Notes: generated from the sequence alone by a model not told the origin. A stretch of DNA of 64,000 nucleotides from an uncultured Actinomycetes bacterium (GCA_963841415.1 CAWJCN010000004.1:319415-383414); one strand, 5' to 3'. Numbered from the stretch's first letter, positions 35,730-46,003 are shown. Made by a program: numbers and translations.

Positions 35730-35875
35730 GACGACGGTCACTCGACGACCGTACGAGTCGCACCTCTCGCGCGCGTGTCGTCGGGCTGAACGCCCGACCA
35801 CCATCCGGTGAAGTTCCGGTTCCCGTCGTTCCTGCGTCGAAGTGGCGCGATCATTCGGCTACTTCGACGCCGACC

Positions 35876-36553
35876 CTAGGAGGGAGCGGCGATGCCGTGC
35901 TCGCCGACAGGGCCGACCTGCAACCCGCGCGCCGCCAACTCGTCGGCCAGGCGCGGCAGTGCGCCCAGCGCGGACCGCCACGAACCCGGGTACGACGTGC
36001 AGTCGGAGTCGTGCAGGAGCACGGTGCCGCCGTCGACGTAGCGACGCGTGACGTCGGCGAGGACCGACTCCGGTGTTGCCTCCCGCCGCCAGTCGCGGCC
36101 CCACGTGGTCCACAGCACGGTCGTCATGCCCAACCGGCGCGCCTCGCGCAACGACGAGTACGACGAGATGCCGAACGGAGGTCGGAACCAGCGCGGGACC
36201 ACGTCGGTCGCGGCGGCGACGCTGTCGAACGCCCGGCGGATGTCGTCGGCCGTCCGCCGCGGCGTGCGACGCAGCATGTTGCCATGCACGTCGCCGTGCA
36301 CGCCGATCTCGTGCCCACGCTCGGCGACGGTCCGCGCGAGACCCGGGTCGCGCCGCGTCATCTCACCGAGCATGAAGAACGTCGCGTGCCACCCGAGCGC
36401 GTCGAGCGCGTCGAGGAACTCGGGCGTCGACGCCGGGTCGGGTCCGTCGTCGAAGGTGAGCGCGACGTGGCCCTTGCGACCGACACCGACCAGCGCGGGC
36501 GTGAACCGCACCCCCACCGGCGACACGCCACCGAGCGCGGGCGCCGCGTGCAC
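35876..36553 (-). CDS. polysaccharide deacetylase (NodB homology domain)
   Basis: ALTFDDGPDP, HEIGVHGDVH, LLHDSD motifs. A signal-like RRLRYVGVAGLAGAAAVAVV is readable upstream in frame without a canonical start, so the true start is unresolved. Confidence 0.75.
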   Translation of the reverse strand: MHAAPALGGVSPVGVRFTPALVGVGRKGHVALTFDDGPDPASTPEFLDALDALGWHATFFMLGEMTRRDPGLARTVAERGHEIGVHGDVHGNMLRRTPRRTADDIRRAFDSVAAATDVVPRWFRPPFGISSYSSLREARRLGMTTVLWTTWGRDWRREATPESVLADVTRRYVDGGTVLLHDSDCTSYPGSWRSALGALPRLADELAARGLQVGPVGEHGIAAPS

Positions 36554-36618
36554 GACCGCGACCGCGGCCGCGCCGGCCAGCCCCGCGACCCCGACGTAGC
36601 GCAGCCGGCGGGACGGGC

Positions 36619-38385
36619 TCAGCGCAGCTCCCCGAGCGGCGCCGTGCGCACACCAGACGACGCGAACTGCGCGTCGAGGTCGGCCACCGCGATCTCCATG
36701 GCGGTCCGGTCACGGTCGCGGCCGTCGAGCACGTAGACCTTCCCCGACTCGACCTGGCCGGGCAGGCTCTCCGGGCGCACGGTGAAGTTGGCGACGACGA
36801 GCTTCTGGTTGTAGCGGCGCGAGAGCATCTGGTCGAAGAAGTCGAGGCGGCGCCCAGGGCAGAACTCGCGGGTGGGCGTGCCCGCCTCCCGCGCGATCAC
36901 CCGGCCCGCCTTGGTGACGTCGTTGTGCGCCCGGTTCCACCGCAGGAACGACCCCTTGCCCCAACCGCCGTTGGCGATGTCGACGCCCTGATCGGCGAGG
37001 TCCTCGAGCGCCACCGACCGGTGGTTGGCCGCGCGGGCGTCGACGACCACCGACACGCCCATGTCGCGGATCTCGGACAGCAGCACGTGGTCGGTGAGCT
37101 GCTCGTGGTCGAGCCGGATGCCGACGTACGCGGTGTGCGGGACGTCCTTGGGCGGCTTGGCCACGCCCACACCGATGGCGGAGACCGCTTGCGCGCCGAG
37201 GGTGAGGCCGCCGTAGAGCACGAGCACGGTGGCGGCGGCGATCGTCGCGGTGCGCCGGCCCCGAGGCGTGCGCAACGCGACCACGCGGCCCTTCCTGTCG
37301 ATGAGATGGTCGGTGTCGGCGAGCTCCTCGACGTCGTCGGCGGGGTCGGCGACGAACAGCAGGCGGGCAGTGTCGACCAACGCGTCGCGCTCGGGCCCCG
37401 GGCGCGTCACCGTGCGCAGGATGTCGGCGAGCTCGTCCTCGTCGCGCGCGTAGCAGTTGACGCCGGCCCGCGCCATCATCTCGGCGTTGTCCTTGCCGTG
37501 GCCGGCGATGGGTCGGAACGTGATGACGGGCAGTCCGACCGCGAACGCCTCCATGCAGGTGAGCCCGCCCGCGTTCTCCACCAGCGCGTCGGACGCCGAC
37601 ATCAGCGCCGGCATCTCGTCGGTCCATCCGATCACCGTGCCGTAACCGCTCGCCTCGAGCTCGGCGCGGAGGTTGTCGTCACGCCCACACACCGTGACCG
37701 GGTGGAACTCACCACTGTGCCCGATCGCTTCGACCGTTGCGACGACGTCGCCGACGCCCCACGAGCCTGCGACCACGAGCACCGCGCGGTCTTCGGGCGC
37801 GAGCCCCAGGTTCGTGCGCACCGCGTCGCGGTCGTACCCGGCATCGCGGAAGCGCTCGCTCACGAGCGGACCGCGTGCACGGGCGTCCTTCCCGCCGCGC
37901 GACGCGGCGGCTTCGGCGGAGATCTCGCTCACCGCGAGGTGGCGGTCGATCCCGCGGTGCACCCAGAGGGAGTGCACCGCGAAGTCGGTGAGGTAGGTGA
38001 GCACCGGGACCCGCAACTGCTTCTTGCGCCGCATACGACCCAACACGAGCGAAGCCAGCGGGTACACCGAGACCACTGCGTCGGGTCGGAACTCCTTGAT
38101 GATGCGCTTGAGCTTGCGACGCGTGAGCCAGGTGTCGAGCATCACGGCCGGCGCGCGCAGCAGCGGAGCGAGCTTGTAGCTGAGCTCGTAGCTCCACGGC
38201 GCCATGCGCAACTGCACTTGGTAGAACCAGCGGAGCAACGGTCCGATGTGGAACGCGACCGCGTCGAGGAAGTCCACGACCTCGACCCGGTGGCCGGACG
38301 CTTCGAGGCGTCGCTTGAGCTCCTTGGCCGCACCGTCGTGGCCTGCGCCCATCGACGCGGAGACGATGAGGATGCTCCGGCGCAC
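36619..38385 (-). CDS. MGDG-synthase/UgtP-like (GT28) glycosyltransferase fused via a TM segment to a deacetylase-like extracytoplasmic domain
   Basis: GTG at 38385. ILIVSASMGAGHDGAAKEL and ENAGGLTCMEAFAVGLPVI (GT-B), a TM (IAAATVLVLYGGLTLGA), then a ~190 aa C-terminal domain. Confidence 0.7.
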   Translation of the reverse strand: MRRSILIVSASMGAGHDGAAKELKRRLEASGHRVEVVDFLDAVAFHIGPLLRWFYQVQLRMAPWSYELSYKLAPLLRAPAVMLDTWLTRRKLKRIIKEFRPDAVVSVYPLASLVLGRMRRKKQLRVPVLTYLTDFAVHSLWVHRGIDRHLAVSEISAEAAASRGGKDARARGPLVSERFRDAGYDRDAVRTNLGLAPEDRAVLVVAGSWGVGDVVATVEAIGHSGEFHPVTVCGRDDNLRAELEASGYGTVIGWTDEMPALMSASDALVENAGGLTCMEAFAVGLPVITFRPIAGHGKDNAEMMARAGVNCYARDEDELADILRTVTRPGPERDALVDTARLLFVADPADDVEELADTDHLIDRKGRVVALRTPRGRRTATIAAATVLVLYGGLTLGAQAVSAIGVGVAKPPKDVPHTAYVGIRLDHEQLTDHVLLSEIRDMGVSVVVDARAANHRSVALEDLADQGVDIANGGWGKGSFLRWNRAHNDVTKAGRVIAREAGTPTREFCPGRRLDFFDQMLSRRYNQKLVVANFTVRPESLPGQVESGKVYVLDGRDRDRTAMEIAVADLDAQFASSGVRTAPLGELR

Positions 38386-38412
38386 GAGGGCACAGGCTAC
38401 CGTCCTCGGGGC

Positions 38413-39327
38413 ATGGCGGCCGTCTTGTTGGCGCTGGGTGCCGCGCTCGCCTACGCCGCCGCGTCGGTGCTGCAGCAGCGGGAGGCGCAGGCTGACGCCG
38501 TCTCCGAGGACGGGAGCACCGTCGGCGGGGGTGTCAGGCTGGTGCTGCGCCTGGCCCGGCGGCCCATCTGGCTCGCCGGATTGGGGGCCGACGCCCTCGG
38601 CTACGGCTTCCAGGCGGTCGCGCTGGGCGTCGGCGAGCTGCTGGTCGTCCAGCCGGTGCTCACCAGCGGCATCCTCTTCGCCCTGCCCGCCGGCGCGTGG
38701 TGGTCGGGGCGGCGCCTCGGCCGGGCCGACTTCGCCTGGGCGTGCATCCTGGCCGTCGCCCTCACCGCGTTCCTCCTCCTCGCCGGCACCGACGGCGGGC
38801 GCGACTTCGCGTCCGCCCAGGCCTGGCTGGTCTGCGCGGCGATCGCGGCACCGGTGCTGATCGGGTGCATGATCGCGGGCGCGCGGGCGCGCGGGACGCG
38901 GCGGGCGGTCCTGTTCGCCTTCGCCACCGGAGCGCTGTTCGGCATCACCGCCGCGCTCACCAAGGCCAGTGTCGTGCTCGTCGACCGCCACGGGCTCGGC
39001 GCCCTGGGTCACTGGGAGCTGTACGCGCTCACGATCCTGGGCGCGCTCGGGTTCGTCGTGAACCAGCGTGCCTTCCAAGCGGGGTCGCTCACCGCGTCGC
39101 TGCCGACCCTCACGGTCGTCGAGCCGATCGTCGCCGCGGTCATCGGCGTCACCATGCTGCACGAGACGGTCCCGACCGACGGCGCGCTCGAGTGGTTCGC
39201 GGTCGGCGTGTCGGTCGTCGCGATGGTCGTCTCGACGATCGTGCTCTCACGCTCGGCGGCGCGCCACGACATGATCCACGAGCACGAGCTGGCCGACGTG
39301 CTCAGCCGCACCGAACGGGACGATTGA
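38413..39327 (+). CDS. DMT-superfamily-like integral membrane protein
   Basis: ATG at 38413 inside ORF 36925..39327. About 10 hydrophobic helices. Confidence 0.6.
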   Translation: MAAVLLALGAALAYAAASVLQQREAQADAVSEDGSTVGGGVRLVLRLARRPIWLAGLGADALGYGFQAVALGVGELLVVQPVLTSGILFALPAGAWWSGRRLGRADFAWACILAVALTAFLLLAGTDGGRDFASAQAWLVCAAIAAPVLIGCMIAGARARGTRRAVLFAFATGALFGITAALTKASVVLVDRHGLGALGHWELYALTILGALGFVVNQRAFQAGSLTASLPTLTVVEPIVAAVIGVTMLHETVPTDGALEWFAVGVSVVAMVVSTIVLSRSAARHDMIHEHELADVLSRTERDD

Positions 39328-39528
39328 GGCAGGTCGCGGGGATCTGTGCCCCTGGTGCGCCCGGTGTGGCGGGTCGAGTGCTGATGTCGGGCCTCAGCAA
39401 CGGGCTCGACGCCCAGTTCGAGCGCGCGCGCCGCGCGCCCGGGCGGCGGTCACCTCGGGGGTGTGCTGCCGGCGACGGTCAGGAAGGCGGCCGTGCCGGC
39501 CTGGGTCGGGACCGCGCCGACGCTCGAC

Positions 39529-40218
39529 TCAGAGACCCAGGATCGGCAACGGAGGCAGGGGCAGCGCGGGCAGGGTGATCGGCGGCAGCGTGATCTGGGG
39601 CAGCGTCACCGGTGGGAGGGTGATCGTCGGGAGGGTCACCGGGGGCAGCGTCACGCCGGGCACCGTCACCGGTGGGAGCTCGACACCGCCCGGCGCGGGC
39701 GGCGTGGTCGTCGTCGCTCCGGCGCCGATCGCGCCGACGCCGCCGAGCACACCACCGGCGGGCGCTCCGACCGGAGGCGAGGTGGCTCCGGGCGCCGCGC
39801 CGGCGACGGTCGTGCTCGTCGTCGTCGACGATTCCGACGACGCACCGACCGCGTTCGGCGAGCCGGCGTGATCGGAGTGCGACGGCGGGCGTGGCGCGTC
39901 GTGCCCGTCACCGGGACTCGGGAGGTCGATGCCGACGTGCGACACCAACGACGAGATCCCTCGCTGCACGGGGTCGGGCAGCGCACCGGCAGCAGCGAGG
40001 CCACTGAAGACGACGAAGCCGGCGACGACGGCGGCGACCAGGTAGCGGACACGCGCACCCGGGCGCACGAGCGGCACGGCCACCGCGCCCGGTGTCGAGT
40101 CGTCGTCCTCGCCGACGAGACCGGCGTCCATGCGGGCGGCGAGTGCGGCGCTCGGCGCGGGAGCGGGCAGCGACGCGTACTGCACGGAGAGGCGTTCGAG
40201 CACCAAGGCGTCGTTCAT
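39529..40218 (-). CDS. anti-sigma-factor-like membrane protein with C-terminal (V/I)TLPP repeats
   Basis: Overlaps the sigma-factor stop. One TM (YLVAAVVAGFVVFSGLAAAG). C-terminus VTLPPVTLPTITLPPVTLPQITLPPITLPALPLPPLPILGL. Confidence 0.55.
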   Translation of the reverse strand: MNDALVLERLSVQYASLPAPAPSAALAARMDAGLVGEDDDSTPGAVAVPLVRPGARVRYLVAAVVAGFVVFSGLAAAGALPDPVQRGISSLVSHVGIDLPSPGDGHDAPRPPSHSDHAGSPNAVGASSESSTTTSTTVAGAAPGATSPPVGAPAGGVLGGVGAIGAGATTTTPPAPGGVELPPVTVPGVTLPPVTLPTITLPPVTLPQITLPPITLPALPLPPLPILGL

Positions 40219-40862
40219 GCCGGCACCTCCTCACAACGTCGCCGCAGCGCCGCGAGCGCGCGGTGCTGCAGCGCCTTCACCGCGCCGACCCGCTTGTCGA
40301 GGATCCGAGCCACCTGCTCGAGCGAGAGGTCAGCGGTCACGCGCAGCGCGACGACCGCGCGCTGATCGGGTGGGAGCGTCGCGAGCATCGCGTCGGCCCA
40401 CTCGGCACCGACGTTGGCCAACGCCTCGTGCTCGACGTCACCGGCGGTGTGCGTCTCGACGTCGGCGACGAGCGCGATCGTCTGCGGTCGTCGTTGCCGC
40501 CGTCGGGCGTCGTCGATGAGGATGCGGTGCGCGATCGTGAACAACCACGATCGGAAGTTCGGTTCGTCACCCGAGAACTGCGGCAGGCGGTCGAACACGC
40601 GGAGGAACACCTCGCTGGTGAGGTCTTCGGGCTCGTCGGCGCCCTGCGCCCGCAGGTAGCCGAACACCCGCCCCGCGTAGGTCTCGTAGAGCCAGCGGCA
40701 CGCCCACGCCTCCTGTCCGAGCGCGGCGAGGCGCGCGTCCTCGAACGCGACGACGTCACCGGTCCCGGGAAGGTGGTGGGAAACCACCTTCCCGGGATCG
40801 GCATCCGGCTCAGGACGCTTGACCTCAGCCCCCACCAGGGTGAGCGCAGTCGTCATGCGCAC
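40215..40862 (-). CDS. ECF-type RNA polymerase sigma factor
   Basis: Region 2 PEDLTSEVFLRVFDRL and FRSWLFTIAHRILIDD. Region 4 QRAVVALRVTADLSLEQVARILDKRVGAVKALQHRA. Confidence 0.85.
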   Translation of the reverse strand: MRMTTALTLVGAEVKRPEPDADPGKVVSHHLPGTGDVVAFEDARLAALGQEAWACRWLYETYAGRVFGYLRAQGADEPEDLTSEVFLRVFDRLPQFSGDEPNFRSWLFTIAHRILIDDARRRQRRPQTIALVADVETHTAGDVEHEALANVGAEWADAMLATLPPDQRAVVALRVTADLSLEQVARILDKRVGAVKALQHRALAALRRRCEEVPA

Positions 40863-40881
40863 AGGGAGTGGTGCGAGGCAC

Positions 40882-41730
40882 TCAACCCTTGTACCCCAAT
40901 CGTCGGAGTTGCAAGAACAGGGCCCCGGCTCCGGCCAGTCCGAGACCGGTCAGGCCGGTGAGGAGCGAGTTCCCACCGGTGAAGGGCAGCGAGCTCCCGG
41001 CGCTCAGCGACCCCGGAGTGGCGGCGGTCACGTGCGCCGCCTCGACCAGGACCGGATCGCCGCCCGACGAGCCCGAACCGCCGTTGCCCCCCGAGCTGCC
41101 ATCGTTGCCGCCGGTGCCGGGCGTGCCGATGCTGGACGAGTCGGAGCACTTCGAGGTCGTACCGACGCCGAGCAGGCCGACACCGTTGCCGCACACGCCG
41201 AGCAGGACGTTCGGCGAGATGCCGGCGAGACCGCCGCCGCCACCCCCGGACGCGGACTGGTCCGTGCTGCAGTCCGACGTCGTACCGGTGCCGAGCACGC
41301 CGATACCGGTGCCACACAGGTTCGCCTGGACGTTGGGGCTCACGTCGACGAGGCCGGAGCTGTCACCACCGGACGACGAGGACTGCGAGTCGTTGCAGGT
41401 TGCCCCGGTCCCGACGCCGAGGACGCCGACACCGTTGCCGCACACGTCGGCCTGCACGGTCGGGTCCACGGAGACCAGAGGCGTCGGCACGGGCAGCGGT
41501 GGCGTGCCCTCAGGCGGCGGGACCGGGAGCGCCGGTGCCGGGAGCGGGGGTAGCGGCACCGGAAGGGGCGGGACAGGGATCGGGATCGGGATGGGAAGCG
41601 GTGTGGCGGCCGCCGCGGGCGACGCGCCGGCGAACGCGAGGCCGGCGGCCAGGGCCACCGGAGCGAGCGTCAGAACGAGCCGACGGCGGACACGGCGCGC
41701 CGGTCGGTGCATGGGGTCGGACATGGGCAT
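40882..41730 (-). CDS. sortase-anchored (LPXTG) surface protein with three chaplin-like repeats
   Basis: Signal peptide, then a Pro-rich PIPIPIPVPPLPVPLPP stretch. Three copies of V.P.VQA.(V/L)CG.G(V/I)G(V/L)LG.GT...C. C-terminal LPFTGG plus TM plus RRLGYKG. Confidence 0.6.
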   Translation of the reverse strand: MPMSDPMHRPARRVRRRLVLTLAPVALAAGLAFAGASPAAAATPLPIPIPIPVPPLPVPLPPLPAPALPVPPPEGTPPLPVPTPLVSVDPTVQADVCGNGVGVLGVGTGATCNDSQSSSSGGDSSGLVDVSPNVQANLCGTGIGVLGTGTTSDCSTDQSASGGGGGGLAGISPNVLLGVCGNGVGLLGVGTTSKCSDSSSIGTPGTGGNDGSSGGNGGSGSSGGDPVLVEAAHVTAATPGSLSAGSSLPFTGGNSLLTGLTGLGLAGAGALFLQLRRLGYKG

Positions 41731-41888
41731 GTGGGTTCCTCCCGGCCACGGCCCTCCTCGTGCGAGTGGACCGAATGGGTGCGTTCCGAGCGCTCGAATC
41801 TGCCAACGGCGCCGCGGCGAGGAGGGATACGGGTACGACCGAAAAATCTCACGGAACGCGAGGACTCTCGCGCGAACAGTGGTGGCCG

Positions 41889-43886
41889 CTAGTTCAGGCC
41901 GTCACGCAGGACGGCCACGATCACCCGCATCGCGAGGACGGTGGCGCAGAACAGACCGAAGTAGCCGAAGATCCGGAACAGCGAAGTGCTGTCGGAGAAC
42001 GCCGGACCGTCGTCGATGGCGATCAGGCCCACCGACACCAGGCCCAGGGCGCCGGCGAGGAACGCCAGCACCAGCCGGTTGACGAGGCGCACCACCACGT
42101 GCTCGTCGTGGGGGTCGGAGAAGTGCGAGACGCGCACCCGCAGCCCGTCGCGCTCGAGGCTCGTGAACGCACGATCGATGTGACGCGGCAGCCGGCGCAA
42201 CATCGGCACCGTGCGCAACAGCTCGTCGCGCACCGCTTGCTGCATCGAGCTCGGGTTGATGAGGCTGCGCACCCACTTGGCCGCGATGCTCTCGGCGGCG
42301 TCGATCACCGAGTAGCCCGGCGCGATCGTGGTCAGCGTGCCCTCGAGCACGATCAGCGCACGGAAGAACGTGCTCCACTCCGCGGGCATCGTGATGCCGA
42401 ACTCGAACATGAGGCGCAACATCGAGTTGAACATCGCGGCGTCGGGCTGCGAGCCGGGCGCGAGGTGCTGCGCCATGAAGCGCGCGAGCGCGCGCTCGAA
42501 GTCGTTGACGTCGACCCCGCGCCGGAGGCTCGCGACCTGCAGCACGGCCTGCACCACGGCATCGGAGTCCCGGCGGCTGACACCGGCCATGAGGTCTCGG
42601 AGCGCGGCCTGTTGCACCGGGTCGAGCCGCCCCGCGGCACCGAAGTCGATCAACGCGAGCTGGCCGTGGGCGAGGAGCATGACGTTCCCCGGGTGCGGAT
42701 CGGCGTGGAACACACCCTCCTGCAGCATCTGCTCGAGGAACGTGCGCAACAACGAGTCGGCGAGCTTGACGCGCTCGGCGCCCGGCACGCCCGTCCAGTC
42801 CACCTCGCGCACACTGGCACCGTCGAGCCACTCCATGACGAGCACGCGCGACGTGCTGAGGTCGTCGTACACGAACGGCACGCGGATGTGCGCGTCGCTC
42901 GGCATCGTGGCCGCGATGGCGTGTGCGTTGCGCGCCTCGATGCGGTAGTCGAGCTCCTCCCGCAGCCGGGCGGAGAACTCGGCGACGAGATCCTCGACCC
43001 GGTACTCGTTCCCCCACGCGGTGCGCGTCTGCACGACGTGACCCAGCTCCTCGAGCACCGACAGGTCGACCCGCACCGCCTCGTCGATGCCAGGACGTTG
43101 GACCTTCACCACCACCGGCGAGCCGTCGGGGAGTTGCGCGCGGTACACCTGCCCGATCGACGCCGCGGCCACGGGCTGCCAGTCGAAGCCGAAGAACACC
43201 TCGCCGACCGGGGCGTCGAGCTCCTGCTCGAGCATCTCGGCGATCGCGTCGTGTGGCGCGGGACGCACGTGATCTTGCAACATGCCCAGCTCCGCCGCCG
43301 CTTGCGGGGAGATCAAGTCGGTGCGTGTGCTCAGCACCTGGCCGAGCTTCACGAACATGCCGCCGCACTCTTCGAGGGCGAGCCGGAAGCGCCGCACGGG
43401 AGGACGCGAGCCGGCGAACTCGACGTCGTCGCGGCGTCCGAGGCCGAGGGAGGGGCCGAGGCCGTTGCGCACCGCGATGCGGGTGATCTCGGCGTACCGC
43501 TGGACCCGCCGACCGCGGCGCCGCACGGAGCGGACCGGGTGCGGCACCGACTGCAGCCCGGTCTGGGCCCGCATCACGATCCCCGGGCGGGCCAGGAACT
43601 CGAGCCACACCGCGGCCGCCATCGCGCCGAGCAGTGAGAAGAGGAAGAGGTTGCGGCTGAAACCGTCGGACGCCGGATGCGCGTCTGCGGCGATCCACAA
43701 CGCCACGACCGCGCCGACGATCCAACCGATCGTGCCGGCCATGACCGTCGCTGCGAACGAACGCCGCACGCCGAGCACCCGCCCGACGAGCGCGCTGGCG
43801 AACAACGCGAAGGCCAACGCCGGCAGGAGCAACCAGAGCTCGTCCCCGAGGCGTTCGAACACGGAGGCTGCGAGGGTGGTCGTCAT
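41889..43886 (-). CDS. ABC1/UbiB-family atypical kinase with extra TM regions
   Basis: ATG at 43886. [42 protein letters not shown] motifs. Confidence 0.8.
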   Translation of the reverse strand: MTTTLAASVFERLGDELWLLLPALAFALFASALVGRVLGVRRSFAATVMAGTIGWIVGAVVALWIAADAHPASDGFSRNLFLFSLLGAMAAAVWLEFLARPGIVMRAQTGLQSVPHPVRSVRRRGRRVQRYAEITRIAVRNGLGPSLGLGRRDDVEFAGSRPPVRRFRLALEECGGMFVKLGQVLSTRTDLISPQAAAELGMLQDHVRPAPHDAIAEMLEQELDAPVGEVFFGFDWQPVAAASIGQVYRAQLPDGSPVVVKVQRPGIDEAVRVDLSVLEELGHVVQTRTAWGNEYRVEDLVAEFSARLREELDYRIEARNAHAIAATMPSDAHIRVPFVYDDLSTSRVLVMEWLDGASVREVDWTGVPGAERVKLADSLLRTFLEQMLQEGVFHADPHPGNVMLLAHGQLALIDFGAAGRLDPVQQAALRDLMAGVSRRDSDAVVQAVLQVASLRRGVDVNDFERALARFMAQHLAPGSQPDAAMFNSMLRLMFEFGITMPAEWSTFFRALIVLEGTLTTIAPGYSVIDAAESIAAKWVRSLINPSSMQQAVRDELLRTVPMLRRLPRHIDRAFTSLERDGLRVRVSHFSDPHDEHVVVRLVNRLVLAFLAGALGLVSVGLIAIDDGPAFSDSTSLFRIFGYFGLFCATVLAMRVIVAVLRDGLN

Positions 43887-43911
43887 GGGTGACCGGTGGT
43901 CGTGGGCGCGG

Positions 43912-45555
43912 TCAGAGCTCCTCCACCAGGAGGGCGCCGTCGGCGTACTGCGCGCGCAGCACCTTCTTGTCGAACTTGCCCACGCTCGTCTTGGGTACCT
44001 CGCCGATGAAGGTCCACCGCTCCGGCAGCTGCCACTTGGCCACGTACTCGGCGAGGAAGTCGCGCAGGTCGGCGGCCGTCGCCCCCGCCCCCTCGCGGCG
44101 GACCACACACGCGAGCGGCCGCTCGTCCCACCGAGGGTCGGGCACCGCGATCACCGCCGCCTCGACGACGTCGGGATGCGCCATGAGGTGTCCCTCGAGC
44201 TCCACCGACGAGATCCACTCGCCGCCCGACTTGATGACGTCCTTCGAGCGGTCGGAGATCTTCACGTAGCCGTTCGGGGTGACGCTGGCGATGTCACCGG
44301 TGCGCAGCCATCCGTCGTCGAACTTCTCCGGCGCGGGATCCCCGTAGTAGGCGCCGGTGATCCACGAGCCCCGGACCTCGATCTCGCCGACGGCGTCGCC
44401 GTCCCACGGGAGCACGACGCCGTCGTCGTCGACGATGCGCAGCTCGACGCCCGGCAAGGGGCGGCCGGTCATCGCGCGCCAGTCCATCTCCTCCGTCGTG
44501 CCCAGCGGCACGCCGCGGGGTGGGAGCGAGACCGCGGCGACGGGACTGGTCTCGGTCATGCCCCACGCCTGCAACATGCGGATCCCGAAGCGGTCCTGGA
44601 AGGCTTCCATGAGCGCGCGCGGCACCGCGGCTCCTCCGCACATGATCCGCTGCAGCGACGAGAAGTCGACGTCGTGGTCCTCGGAATACCGGAGCAGGTC
44701 GGCCCAGATCGTGGGGACCGCGGATGTGGCGGTGGGCCGCTCGCGTGCGATGAACTTCGCGAGCGGTTCCGCCTGCAGGTAGCGACCCGGCATGAGGAGG
44801 TCGGCACCCGCCATCCACGCCGCGTACGGCGCGCCCCACGCGTTGGCGTGGAACATCGGCACGATCGGGAGGAGGCGGTCGTCCCAGGTGTACGGAATGC
44901 CCGATCCGACCTGGATACCGATCGTATGCATGAAGGTGGAGCGGTGCGAGTAGACGACACCTTTCGGGTTGCCCGTGGTGCCGCTCGTGTAGCACATCGC
45001 CGCGGGAGCCCACTCGTCGACCTCGGGAAAGGCGAACGCCGCCCGGGCGGCGCTCGCGAGGAGGTCGTCGAAGCGCACGAAGTCGGCGCCGTCGCGCGCG
45101 GCCTCCTCGAGCACCGACACGTCACCATCGCCGACGACGACGTACTGCTCGACCGTCGCCAGCTCGGCTGCCACGCGCGCGAGGAGCGGTGCGAGGTTGT
45201 CGTCGACGAGAATGACTCGGTCGCCGGCGTGGTTCACGATGTAGGCGAGCTGCTCGGGGAAGAGCCGGATGTTGAGGGTGTGGAGCACCGCGGCCTGCAT
45301 CGGCACCGCGAAGTACGCCTCGAGGTGCTCCTGGGTGTTCCACATGAAGGTGCCCACGCGGTCACCGGGCTCGACGCCGAGCGCCGCCAGCCCCGCCGCG
45401 AGCTGCTCGACCCGGTTCGCCACCTCACCGAACGACGCCCGGCGGCTGTCGTCGCCCTCGAAGGTGACGATCTCACTCTCGGAATGGAGCGCGCGTCCGT
45501 GCCGGAAGATCATGCCGACGTTCAGCGGGAAGTCCTGCATGGTCGACTGCATCAT
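43912..45555 (-). CDS. medium/long-chain fatty-acid--CoA ligase (FadD-like)
   Basis: ATG at 45555 ([14 protein letters not shown]) with [31 protein letters not shown]-binding motif. The track extension to 45867 runs into the tandem repeat and is rejected. Confidence 0.85.
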   Translation of the reverse strand: MMQSTMQDFPLNVGMIFRHGRALHSESEIVTFEGDDSRRASFGEVANRVEQLAAGLAALGVEPGDRVGTFMWNTQEHLEAYFAVPMQAAVLHTLNIRLFPEQLAYIVNHAGDRVILVDDNLAPLLARVAAELATVEQYVVVGDGDVSVLEEAARDGADFVRFDDLLASAARAAFAFPEVDEWAPAAMCYTSGTTGNPKGVVYSHRSTFMHTIGIQVGSGIPYTWDDRLLPIVPMFHANAWGAPYAAWMAGADLLMPGRYLQAEPLAKFIARERPTATSAVPTIWADLLRYSEDHDVDFSSLQRIMCGGAAVPRALMEAFQDRFGIRMLQAWGMTETSPVAAVSLPPRGVPLGTTEEMDWRAMTGRPLPGVELRIVDDDGVVLPWDGDAVGEIEVRGSWITGAYYGDPAPEKFDDGWLRTGDIASVTPNGYVKISDRSKDVIKSGGEWISSVELEGHLMAHPDVVEAAVIAVPDPRWDERPLACVVRREGAGATAADLRDFLAEYVAKWQLPERWTFIGEVPKTSVGKFDKKVLRAQYADGALLVEEL

Positions 45556-45626
45556 CGTGCCGTGCTCCCCATCCAGATGGTCGATGACCTCGCGGAGCGT
45601 ACTCGCACGCGCCCGCGCATCTCCGG

Positions 45627-45998
45627 GAGACGAAGCAGAGCCGTGCTCGGATGAGCGGGACGGCGTCGCGGAGTCGACCAATCGAGGAGAGACGAAGCAG
45701 AGCCGTGCTCGGATGAGCGGGACGGCGTCGCGGAGTCGACCAATCGAGGAGAGACGAAGCAGAGCCGTGCTCGGATGAGCGCGACGGCGTCGCGGAGTCG
45801 ACCAATCGAGGAGAGACGAAGCAGAGCCGTGCTCGGATGAGCGCGACGGCGTCGCGGAGTCGACCAATCGAGGAGAGACGAAGCAGAGCCGTGCTCGGAT
45901 GAGCGGGACGGCGTCGCGGAGTCGACCAATCGAGGAGAGACGAAGCAGAGCCGTGCTCGGATGAGCGCGACGGCGTCGCGGAGTCGACCAATCGTGGA
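45627..45998. repeat. 62-bp tandem repeat, 6 near-identical copies (MIRU/VNTR-like)
   Basis: Unit GAGACGAAGCAGAGCCGTGCTCGGATGAGCG(G/C)GACGGCGTCGCGGAGTCGACCAATCGAGGA. Copies start at 45627, 45689, 45751, 45813, 45875 and 45937. One G/C polymorphism follows the pattern G,G,C,C,G,C, and the last copy ends CGTGGA. Confidence 0.95.
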
Positions 45999-46003
45999 GG
46001 GGC

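Noticed and set aside
41761-41787. An ECF-type promoter upstream of the chaplin-like gene (GGAAC, 17-nt spacer, then TCGCA)
   Set aside because: The -35-like GGAAC is present but the -10 element does not match the usual CGT/GTT cores. It is too weak to report as a feature without transcript-start data.
45473-45991. ORFs 45473..45991 and 45552..45929, and the N-terminal extension of 43912..45867
   Set aside because: They are read-through of the repeat units, whose minus strand has no stops in any frame. The protein sequence is simply the repeat in three phases. The fadD-like gene has a good RBS and a conserved N-terminus at 45555.
45627-45998. The 62-bp periodic array as a CRISPR locus
   Set aside because: The units are contiguous and essentially identical over their full 62 nt. 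There are no variable spacers, and no cas genes are nearby.
45556-45998. The tandem array as a type III (ToxI-like) RNA antitoxin
   Set aside because: The gene downstream in the transcription direction is an ordinary fatty-acid--CoA ligase, not a small endoribonuclease. No terminator-plus-toxin layout is present.
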